Both the position numbers and the translations under genes were made by a program. The notes beneath the pieces are model-generated. The model had not been told where the DNA came from and did no database searches. It was given only the letters and a program-made list of their open reading frames with translations. From Octopus bimaculoides (Eukaryota), in NCBI RefSeq assembly GCF_001194135.2, contig NC_068994.1, positions 29,985,807 through 30,042,121 of the forward strand: 56,315 nt of DNA, written 5' to 3'. Below, piece by piece: positions 11,222-22,482 of the stretch. The stretch's first letter is position 1; each line of letters starts with the position of its first letter.

Positions 11222-13213
11222 CTAAGAACTGCTGTTTTGCCGAAGTTTCGAAGAAATGCTTTTCGAAGCAGCTTTTTGGCAACATTTAGGTTCCTTCTGC
11301 TTATTCTGTTTCAATTCTTGAGATGCAGATGTTGAACAGTTTTTAGAAAGTGGACCCCATCTAGGTGATGCCATGGGAAAGCCTCTTGACCAACCATAGT
11401 GACTACCCCAGCCTGGAGACATTGGCGGCAAATAGGTGGAACCCATCAGAGAAGGAATGGCTGCTGGCTGAAACTTCATAGCTGATGAAGACATCTGCAT
11501 CTGTCGATGTAGATCACTCGCAGCGCCAACATTGCTAGCATCCGGTCCATGCAGGAGCCATAAGCTGTCAAGCCCTGAATCAAGATGTGAACTTGGTGAT
11601 GTGATACTATTCTCATTGCAAGAAGATGTTGGCAAAGAACTTGTACCAGAAGATGCCTCTTTCTGAAGTTGTTGCTGTTGTTGTAGGCATGCATTCATCC
11701 ATTTTGAAAACATGCTTGTATTCTGCTGTTTGCTTGCCATAGACCGTGGGTCTTGCTGAAAAAATATTTCCTCATCCATTGAGCCCTGAACACACACATG
11801 GTTATTGAACTGTGACTTCTGTGAAAATTGTTTTTTGCAAATGCAGCAGAGCAACGGATTTTTATCAGAACTGTTTGATGGTACTGTAGGCATCTCCACA
11901 GCAACACTGTTATTGTTGTTGTTGTTGTTAGTGTTGTTGTTATTGTTGTTGGTGGTGGTAGTACTAGTTTTATCATGATGTTGAGAGCTTGCTTTTGAAG
12001 AACAGTAACCATTTTGGTTGTTTGTGGGAGATTGTTCACTTCTCGTGACTTCCTGAAGAGAATCTATATTTGATTTTTTATCCTCATTCTGACATTGCTG
12101 TTCTTTCAACAATTTCAAACCATGGGTTCGCTCATGATTCTTTAAAGTGCTTCTCTGTGAGAAAGCTTTCCCGCAAGTTAAACATACAAATGGTTTTTCG
12201 CCAGAGTGAATCCGTTCATGATTTCGTAAATTTGTCACTTGACTAAATGCTTTCCCACAGACCAAGCACACATAAGGCTTCTCCCCCGAATGTGTTCGTA
12301 AATGGTTTTTCAAATCTGTTCGCTGGGCAAATGCTTTAGGGCAAACTGTACATGCAAATGGTTTTTCTCTTGTGTGGACGCGTAAATGGTTTCTTAGATC
12401 TGTTCGTTGGCTAAATGCTTTTGGGCACATCATACAGTGAAAAGGCTTCTCTTTGGTGTGAACCCGCTCATGATTGCGTAAATTTGTCAACTGGCTAAAT
12501 GCCTTAAGGCAGTAGGAACATGTATATGGCTTGATGCCTGTGTGTACCCTTTCGTGACAAGTGAGTTCTGCCTGCTGGGCAAAGGACTTCAGACATACAG
12601 AGCAAGTATAAGGTTTTATTCCTGTGTGAATTCTCTCATGATTTCGAAGATTGGTCAGCTGGCTGAACGCTTTTGAACACGTTAAGCATTTGTAAGGCCT
12701 CTCACCAGAGTGTATCCGCTCATGATTACGTAAGTTCGTGCGCTGGCTGAAGGATTTGGAACACACCAAGCAAATGTATGGCCTTTCCCCACTGTGTATA
12801 CGTTCATGATTGCGCAGGTTTGTACGTTGACTAAATGCTTTTAAGCACACAAGACACACATAGGGTTTCTGACCAGTGTGAGTTCTTTCATGATTTTGGA
12901 GGTTCACTTTCTGTGCAAATACTTTTTCACACGTATTACATTTAAATAATTTAGGTGGAGTGTAAGGCATATTACTGCTTTGTCCACCCACAATCTGATT
13001 TGGTGCTTGGCTGGAATTTAGCTTGGTATTCATTTTCATAGCTGATGTTTTACAGTTTTGAGAAGTTGACAGGACTGATTCTGAGGAAACCATAGTTGGA
13101 CTTGAATGAATCAGTTTTGAAGTATCCTGTTTTAAGTTGGCTGGGGACAATGCAAATGTTCGATTGCAGAAATTTCTTTGGGTAGGCACCCCATATATCG
13201 GGAAAGGATACAT
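11222..13213 (-). CDS. C2H2 zinc-finger protein ZNF-A, 663 aa: 10 tandem fingers, one degenerate finger, poly-N and poly-Q tracts, conserved C-terminal Trp-rich motif
   Basis: Uninterrupted 2-kb ORF with CxxC-x12-HxxxH repeats and TGEKP-type linkers. Polypyrimidine tract plus AG acceptor (13224-13223) ends 9 nt before the ATG. Fingers differ mostly by synonymous changes. Confidence 0.96.
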   Translation of the reverse strand: MYPFPIYGVPTQRNFCNRTFALSPANLKQDTSKLIHSSPTMVSSESVLSTSQNCKTSAMKMNTKLNSSQAPNQIVGGQSSNMPYTPPKLFKCNTCEKVFAQKVNLQNHERTHTGQKPYVCLVCLKAFSQRTNLRNHERIHSGERPYICLVCSKSFSQRTNLRNHERIHSGERPYKCLTCSKAFSQLTNLRNHERIHTGIKPYTCSVCLKSFAQQAELTCHERVHTGIKPYTCSYCLKAFSQLTNLRNHERVHTKEKPFHCMMCPKAFSQRTDLRNHLRVHTREKPFACTVCPKAFAQRTDLKNHLRTHSGEKPYVCLVCGKAFSQVTNLRNHERIHSGEKPFVCLTCGKAFSQRSTLKNHERTHGLKLLKEQQCQNEDKKSNIDSLQEVTRSEQSPTNNQNGYCSSKASSQHHDKTSTTTTNNNNNNTNNNNNNNSVAVEMPTVPSNSSDKNPLLCCICKKQFSQKSQFNNHVCVQGSMDEEIFFQQDPRSMASKQQNTSMFSKWMNACLQQQQQLQKEASSGTSSLPTSSCNENSITSPSSHLDSGLDSLWLLHGPDASNVGAASDLHRQMQMSSSAMKFQPAAIPSLMGSTYLPPMSPGWGSHYGWSRGFPMASPRWGPLSKNCSTSASQELKQNKQKEPKCCQKAASKSISSKLRQNSSS

Positions 13214-15764
13214 AGTTATTGTCTGAGAATAGACTAAACTATGAAGAGAAAGAGATAATGTATGTGTGTTTTAATCTCAATTTCAGAGAGAGTTTATAAC
13301 AAAATAGGTATGAAGGCAGTGCCCCAGCATGGTCTTAGCACTAATGACAAAAATAAAATGAAAAACTACAGGTTGTTATAAATGTAATATGAAGAAGTTC
13401 AATCCCTGAGTATGACCACAAATTCTTGGTCAAAATGTTACTTATGAAGTAGTAAAATGTTTATGATATAACTTGATATGTTGTTTCTTGAGATGGTGAT
13501 GTGGAAAGCTGTATGTAATGATACATGTATGAATATTCAGCAGCTACATATAAGGAATGTTTAAACAATATATTTTCTTCCTCTAATTTCACAACTACAT
13601 ACAGTTTAGTCTATACAAGCAATAATGAGAACCAAAGTTTAATGAGAATAATGGTGGTAGTGGTGGTAATAGTGGTGGAGGTTATGCTGATAGTGAAAGG
13701 TCATTACTAAGGATTTTTGATGTTTATTTTGATCTGTTTTTAAAACTTTAAATTTAAAGCGTTTTGTTTTCTACTTTGGTTATAATTCAATAAAGATGGA
13801 ACATTTAAGAAAAGCTTCAAGCTATTCAAATATGATTTCACACAAGATCTCCATTGATTAAATTTAGTTATTGAAAGGATGTGACTGGAATTTCCTTCAC
13901 TCAAATAAACCAGGTGAAACCTATATAAGCTCAAAGGAAACTGGTTCCAATACTGCAGATGTCAATGACATCGGTCAAAAAACTTTGCCTTACAGGGAAT
14001 TCATCATGACACAATGGCAATCTCAGCCATATTTTTATACCCTCAGATAAACTCTTTTCACTGATTTGGCTACTTGCAAAATTAACAAGTATTTTGTTTA
14101 GTTGAATATTTCTTCTTTTATCTTTCTTATTTTGTTTCTGGACAATTTATTGATATATCTTCATTTTGTTGCTGTCACATTGAAGATAAATCAAAATGTC
14201 ACAATATATATAGCAAATAGGAGGAACTTTAAAAACATTCAAGTGAAAAAATTTGTATTGTAGGATAAGTTAGTTGACTCCTTTTCAAAACATTCCGTTA
14301 ACATCCACAAGACTGCAAGATTTAAACTTCCTCTTTCTCATTCATGTTAATTCAAAGCATACAGAGTGACATAGAATATATGAAACCAAAAGCCTCGTGA
14401 AAATCATGAGCTTCAATAAGAAACAAATAGCTTAAAGTTGAATATCTTGAGGTCAACAAAATACTACTGTTTGAAATTCAGCTCAGTTCCAAATTTGGTT
14501 TACATTTAATCAGTGAGATATGACTAAATTTCCTGCCATCTGATAGAATCATTTGAGAACAATGACCCTAAAGATATGAAATTCCTATTCCATATCTTAT
14601 TACAGAGTTAAGCATTTCATTTATACTTGTTGGAACAGAGGGGGAAAAAAGGGTTAAGCTTGAAAAAGGCAAAATAGTCTTTCACTGTTTATGGTGAAAT
14701 ATATTTCTGAAATATTGAGTAAATGGGCATCAAATGAAATTAGCTAATTTAGGAAGATATTTCTTTGGTATAATTTAGAATAAAGAAGACAATGTTTTAA
14801 TGAAATATGTGAATAATCACGAATAAAAATATCTGTAAGATGATTATGAAAAATTCTAGTTCAAAATTTTGATTAAAAAAATATAAATTGTTTTTAGTCA
14901 AATATAGTTAAGTATCTTCCATTAAATTTTTTGTGTTGTATAATCTTGGAGAGATGATGTTGTCATGACAAAGTGAAGAACATAATCAGCTCTTTGATAG
15001 AGAAGTTGCAAATGTCTATCATGTAGTTATTGGCAAGGGTCAGAACACCTCAAAATCAAATTCCTTTGAACAATGACAATGATGACAAAATGATTTATAA
15101 GAAATTCCTGCTTACACTATCAACTAAATATGAGAGAAGCTATTTCTTGAGGTGTATATGTTTATATATACCGTGTTTATACACAGTTCTTCAATCTCAA
15201 TCTAAATTCTACATGTATAAGTTTTTTATGGTTGTTTTTGGAACTTTAGTACACTGGTAATAATACCATTCTTTAATGATGTACATTCTCTCCATTATAT
15301 AAACTAATATGTAGAGTGGGTTATATTTTGACTTTTTTTGAGAATATACCTCTATACATACATACATATATATATATTGATATGTATGCCAATCAAAGTA
15401 GTTCTGAAGGTGCTATAGTCAGTAGCAAGATGGTTTTCAACAGAATTTCAAAATGCAAGCAAGTAATGGAATTTGTGAAGCAGAAGTAGCAGTAGCACTG
15501 CAGTAGAATTGCAGTCATACAGATCAGGGTTCAAATACAGTTGGAGACAATTTTGATTTCACCTTTCACAAGTTAATTAGTAATACATTCATCTAATTTT
15601 ACATAGTCATAGTGACTTGAATCCTGAGTAGCTAAAACAAACCCTCAATTTAATTTAAATAAACAATATACTCTATGTCATGTATTGAGTACTCTCTGTT
15701 TCATTTGTGCATTGTAACATTTGCAGGTGCATGTGTGCATATATATATATACATATATACATAC

Positions 15765-15808
<44 letters not shown>

Positions 15809-18245
15809 GTACACTGAGCTGTTAGTCAAATCATCTACTGACAGGACAGTCAGTCATTTTTCTTTTGAGGAAGAAGAAGCTAAGGGAACAAAGAAACATT
15901 CAATCAGATTTGCTTGGTACTGGAGAATAAGGTCCAACAGTAGGTGACATCGATTGTGAATTGAATCAGTAAAACTGGTTGAGTGACATCCATAGTGTAA
16001 CTTGGATGACCGAATGAAGAATCTTCAGGATTCCTTTAAAAATAGGCCTAAGAGAGAAAAAGATAAGGATCAGTGTTAATCAAATGGTGGAGAACATATT
16101 TCAAATTATTGTGTTATAATCACAGTATTGTATTTGTGTTAAAGTGTGTGAAATTAAGTGTAGTTGTGTATTAATTTAATGTATATGTGTTCTTTAGTAT
16201 CTGAATAATCTAATGTACTCTTGTATGTATGTGTATACACATTAGTGAGTGAGTGCAGGTGTCTGCAGCTATAAAAGTCAAAAAGATAAACAACAGATTT
16301 ATCAGGTCACTAAGATTAACAAATCAAAAGTCAACAGTTCAAATATTCTCAATCCACTACACTTTGTACATGCTTCAAATTCTGGCCCATTAGCACACTG
16401 TCTCCTTTCTCCGCCTTTGCTACTGCTACTATAATAGCCTCTGCTCCTCAGATCTGGCTGGGCTCAACCCACTTCCACTCACATGAATTCAGTTCATCTT
16501 TCCTCCTTTCTTCACCCTCAAACTGCCCAAAACTACCCCCTGGCCCCACACTTAGTCACTATACTCAATCTTTCTTCACCATAATGTCAATCCCTCTGGA
16601 ATTTCCTTCTGTCTCTAGTCTTTCTCACAGACATTATTAACCTAAAAAGGATCAAGAGAAACATTAACAGCATCCACCTCACTGGTCTTGTAGGGCCTGC
16701 AAAATGGGATACAGCCCCTTTTTCCAAACTCAGTAGCTTAAGAAGTAAAAATAAACACACACACAACAGTCCATCTGGTTTTAGTCAATGGTAAAAGGAT
16801 AGCAGTGATGGTTTTTTTTTTTTACATAGACTCAAAGATGGGGAAGCAGAATGAAGGAGGAAAGTTTTTCTTAAACTAAAAATCTAGCTCAAATGCTTGC
16901 AACATCGTGAACACTGCTAAAGAAACCCAATAACCAGGCTGTGATTTTTAAACAGATTAAATCTACAATCCCAAAATCAAAGCAGTCACTTCAATGGACT
17001 TCCATAAAATTTCTATCAACCAAATTCCAATCACAAAGTGTTGGTCAATCTAAGACTAAGGTGGAAAACACTTAAATGTCTAAAAGTAGCTAGAATTCAG
17101 TACAAGTAATACATATTTTGGTAGCTTAAGAACTAAGTACAAATTCTTTGTGTAGGATGAAATCAACCAGGTCAATTTATCATGGATGCTACATGAATCC
17201 AAAGCTATTCATGTAGTGTCTACTTATGGTGAATTGAGTTCTTTAATGACAGATGCACCACATATCCTGTTAATCATATAGGATGCATATGCAGGGTTGC
17301 CAGATCAATTTTATGAAAAGTAGAACAAAATTTTTAAAAAGTGACAGACTGTAAATTAACCCAAAATGAAAATTTTGCTAATAAATAAAATACAGAATGA
17401 TTGCCTGTAAGTCAGTTTTAATTTACCTAGTTCATATTTTGATATGACATTCAATAGGATTCTTAACTGTAAACATTTAGCATTTAAATTGGCCATATCC
17501 AGCTTAAATATTCCATCTGTTTTATGTTCAAACTGACATCTGGCCTCTCACACCCATCTTACAATGTTGTTTAAAAATACACAATCATGTCATCAAAATC
17601 TTGAAGCTATATGATAATGCATGATATCATACATCCATCAGAACATACAGCTTCATTCTTCTCTAGTTTACACGGCCTTAGTATTCAGAGTACACAATGC
17701 TTGTGTACAAACATTGCTGTTTGGACACAAGTATCATACGGTATGTTTTTCACTTACCAACAGAGGTAATAGCTCTCCAAACTTTCTCCATCCTATCCTT
17801 ATTCTAGCACTATATTTTCAAAACATCCTCCTCCACTGATAATTATGCCACCTAAGTAACAGAAACTATGTATTGCTTCAAGTGAGCCTCCAGGGCATTC
17901 TCATGTATCTTTAGTGCTTATAGCTCTTATGTATCTTCCATATACAAATACCACTTTCTCCATTAATCTTCCTAAGACTCCGCTGCACCCCTTGTGTGAC
18001 CATAGCTGGCATTGGGTACACCATATGTAAATTCCTGTTTATGCCTTTTCTACATATCAAAAGGGCCATTTACCGGAAGGGAGTAATCCTATCTGTTTCC
18101 TTGCTTATAGAACTTTGGTCTCAGCTAAGTTAACTTTAAGGCCCTTTGATTCCATGTGTTGCTTCTATATGGAGTTTCTTTTCTAACTCAATTAAAGATT
18201 GTTGTATGAGAATAAAGTCATCAGCTTATAGTGGTTTCCAAAGGC

Positions 18246-18315
<70 letters not shown>

Positions 18316-18624
18316 TGGGTTTAACAGAAAGAACACAACAAAGTGAAATAGTTAGACAAAAGCAGAGCAAACAGAAAACTAGATGTAAACTAAACAGACA
18401 TGAAGTTTAGGCAAAGACACAATACATGCAATACACAAAATATTCATGGCTGATTTTTACTCATCAGCCAATGACCCAAAATATCATAGTGATTTCGTGC
18501 CATTTACCATTGAGACCACTCAGTTTTGGAAACGCCAGAGCTCTTATTAAGCTTCTGAGAAAAAGCTAGCAAATGTATACTAAGACAGAAACAAAGAAGA
18601 CATTGTATAAATATAACAAAGAAT

Positions 18625-18932
18625 TATGAATTCAGTCCCACTGTGTGGCACTTTGGGCAAGTGTCTTCTACTATAGCCCCAGGCCAACCAAAGCCTTGTA
18701 AGTGGATTTGGTAGATGGAAACTTAAAGTAATCCAGTGTGTGTGTGTCTTTGTCCCTCACCACTGATTGGTTTATTAACATCTCTGTAACTTAACAGTTC
18801 AGCAAACAAGACCAACAGAATAAGTACCAGGCTTCAAAAAAAATAGGTACTGGGATCAATTCATTCTACTAAAATTTCAAGGTAATGTTCCAGTATGACC
18901 ACAGTCTAATGACTGAAATAAGTAAGATAAAA
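18625..18932 (+). mobile_element. SINE family A, near full-length, CpG-decayed
   Basis: Aligns to 28374-28737. Confidence 0.85.
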
Positions 18933-18989
18933 AATATATGTGTTTGTGTGTGTCTGTGTATGTGTGTGTATGTCTCACACACAGACAAT

Positions 18990-19545
18990 CTGTTCCTGAC
19001 AATCCTCTTCCTCACATCTCATCTTGCAAGCACCCCTCCTTCCTCCACCTCTGCTGTACTCCCATCCCATTCCCTCTATGTCCAAATCACCCCTGTTGAA
19101 TCTCTTCCCTATGACATATCCTCCTAACAACAACCTCCCTCTACTTCTGCCCATCTCATTAAATTCCCGCCCCACCGGCTCCCACTCTCCCTTTGCAATC
19201 CTGTGACCTTATCCAATCCTTGGTCCCACTTCATTTATATACACTTCACTGTATCTTGAGTGTACCCCTCTCACCACCACCACTGTCACATCTCTCTCTC
19301 CCCACAAACTCTCCTGCAGAGGCGGCCATGTATCTCCTTTCCTGCATACTCAAACATCTAGTACAAAGCCAACTTCCTCAATACTACTTCCCCACCCTCA
19401 GATGATTATTTGGTGACCTCACTGATGTTGGTGCCACGTAAAAAGCACCTCCATACACTCTGTAAAGTGGTTGGCGTTAGGAAGGGTATCCAGCCATACA
19501 AAACAGACACCCATGCCAGCATAGAAAACGCACGTTAAATGATCA
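18990..19545 (+). mobile_element. RTE-type 3' tail (ggttggcgttaggaagggcatccagc...catgccagcat...gttaaatgat) with upstream C-rich segment
   Basis: 19405-19545 is homologous to 41085-41246 and 43424-43730. Including the upstream C-rich part is inference. Confidence 0.6.
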
Positions 19546-21486
19546 TCACACACACACACACAGGTGGGGAGAAATTATTTACCTGAAGACGATTGAAAAA
19601 TATACGTAATGAAAGGCAGTAAGGAAAACGGAAACTAATATAAATACGAAATTTACAGTAAAGTATTGAAACTACTCCGGCAATAACTAACTTAAATATA
19701 GTTATACCCGCGGCAGATTTGAACTCAAGAGTGTCTAATTCCTTATTCAATTGGCTGATTAGTCTTCATTATGAGCGTGTTCGCGCGCGTGCATTTGTGT
19801 GTGCATATGTGTGCGTGTGTGCACATATATATATTGTGAGTATTATACATTCATGTGTGTGTGTATGTACTACAGAGAGAGCGAAGACAGGTATTCACTA
19901 TAATGGTTGCCAAAAGAAGATTACACAACAGGTCTACTCCAAAGGAAAACTTCTATAACATTTGGCGACAGACAGGGAGTGGTTTGAAAACAACTTAATC
20001 TCACAAAGTGGATACAAATATGACCTAATACGTCACCCGATAAACTTTATAGAAGAAAAAAATTAACGTGATATGGGTGGAGGGATAATTGCGCCCATCA
20101 CTGATCTTACAACCGTCACCGCCAGCACGTGCCTCTTAGCAACAATTAAATCGACGTGATTAATAGTTGATGGATCCACAGGAAAAAGGTGAAGAAAAGT
20201 TAGGTTATTTAAGATGCAGAAGAGGCGGTTTAATTCGAAATAGTTGCATAAATAAATGTATAGATACGAGAATCATTATTTTCTCCAAGTAATATAGATC
20301 TGTCGTACTTGAATGACTCATTGAAATTCCAAAAAGAAAATAAGGTGAATGGTCATTCATATAAATGACAATTTCTTAATTGACACAATAAACTATTGTA
20401 AGAAAACCAATATGTAAATTAGTTCACATTGACACACACACACTTGCGACACAGTGACAAACACTTGAATCTTCTCTGTACATCCACTATTTCTTTTCGA
20501 GGGGGAGGGCTGCGCGCGTGTGTGCGAGTATGTGTGTGTATTATATACGGCAACGATAAACAACTGAAAATGAGGCGAGCCAACAGGGGAACCTCTACGT
20601 GGTCGCTCGACGTTCTAGAAATAACAACCAAATCTCTCCCAAATTATACCACGTTACAACCTTAAAGAAAGGTAGGACAACAATGTGAAAGAAGGGATGG
20701 TCATGGCTGAGATGTCACTGATCATAGGTCTACTGGATTATTGCTGACCTGGGTTAAATAATAACAACTGAAAATAAGAAACAGCGAATGAAAGAGACAG
20801 AGCGACTGAATGAAAGAGATAACAATGTGTTCGCACGAGTGTATGTAGAAATGTATGTCTGTAAATATGTGTGCGTGTGTATGTACTTTAATTTATGCAT
20901 GAAATTTTTTTTTAATTTTTGTGAGAATAATAAAATAGGCAAATATTGTGTTGCTATTGTAAGTATTGTTGTGTGCATTCACAAGTTCACATTTATTATT
21001 ACACTTATCAAAAGGTAGTGAAAAGTAACAGACATCACCGGTGAAATACGGGGTGGAGGTACACAATAGTAACCAGACCATTCAACCCTGCTACTCCGAA
21101 CTTCCCATTCTCTTTAGGTCAGGCAACGCGGGGTCATGGCTCTTAAAGAAAAACGAACTGAAGCGATTGTCAAAACGATATGTTTACTAAAAGGTGCAGA
21201 TAATAATTACGAATTAATAATTATTGTTAAACGATAAGAATAGAAAAGTAATTATAAACACAACTGATTCTGGGTAAGTAGGGACATTAAAGTAAAAAGT
21301 AAACCACACACATATATATATAAACACACGCACATACATATATATTATATAAACACGTTCACACACACAAACCACGATCTCTAAATCCTTCTTATCGCAT
21401 TATCACCATCTTTCATTCTTTCTTTCATCCAGTTGCTTTCTTCACTTCTTACAGAGATGAGCCAAGAAATCAGAACACCCACTTAC

Positions 21487-22300
21487 ACATTTCCAGTCGG
21501 GTCCGAACTGCTGGTGGCTCAGAATAAGTCTTCGGTGGGTCTGGCCTGTGACAAAGGAGAGTTAGTGTTCACCTTCCAGGCTGGCCCCATCTTTTCACGG
21601 GACAGTCGCTCTGAATTACACAAGTCCTTCGTTCTTTCTCGTATTTTTTTAATCAACCCCTTTTTGTAAATGTTATTGTTGTCTTACAATGTCTTCCTTC
21701 TTTTGTCTTCCTCTTTTTAGTTCCCTTGGCGCTTGTTCACATTTTGTTTCTTTTTTTTTTACTTTTCATGTGTCTTTATGAGATCTGTCTTTCTTTTTCT
21801 ACTTTCTTTCCTTCCCTGCCGCACGCACTCCTTCCCTCTCTCTTTCATAATTACATTTTTCTTGTTCCTTTTCTCTCCCACTCCTCTGTATCTCACTATG
21901 TTTTGTCTTTCAGTTTCTCACTCTCACATTCTGTATCTCTATCTCTCTTTCTCTCACATGGTATGTTTTCATATGTGTGTATGTATTCTTTTCGCTCTTT
22001 CCGCCACTCTTATACACACTGAAACACATACAGATACACACATACACACACATCAGCGGTCACACGCCAAACGTAAACAAAACGAAGGGACGTAACTCTG
22101 AATGGATTGTTAGGTACTTTTTTTTCTCCTTTCTCAATTCTTTTATTGTGATGAGGAAGGAAGAAGTCTGTAGTAAAAAGAGGGAGGAGAAAAAGAAGTT
22201 GTAAAGAAGGAGGAGGAAAAGGAGGCTGTAGTACAAAGAGGGAGGAAGAGGAGAGAGACTTTATTTAAAACTGGAACGAAACCGACGCCATATTGGATGG
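21487..22300 (-). other. Candidate non-coding first exon (5'UTR) of ZNF-A
   Basis: Donor GT|GTAAGT at 21487/21486, a purine-rich leader and an AATATGGCG (YY1-type) motif at 22286-22294 on the same strand. Confidence 0.45.
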
Positions 22301-22437
22301 AATTAATTCGACTTCAATGAATAAACCGAATAATACCTTGCTGTTTAGTTTTTTGTTTTGTTTATTTTGTGGCAGAGATTGAATTAAAGGACTAACATAT
22401 TTAGATATTGATTTTTATATAGATATATATGTATGTG

Positions 22438-22482
<45 letters not shown>

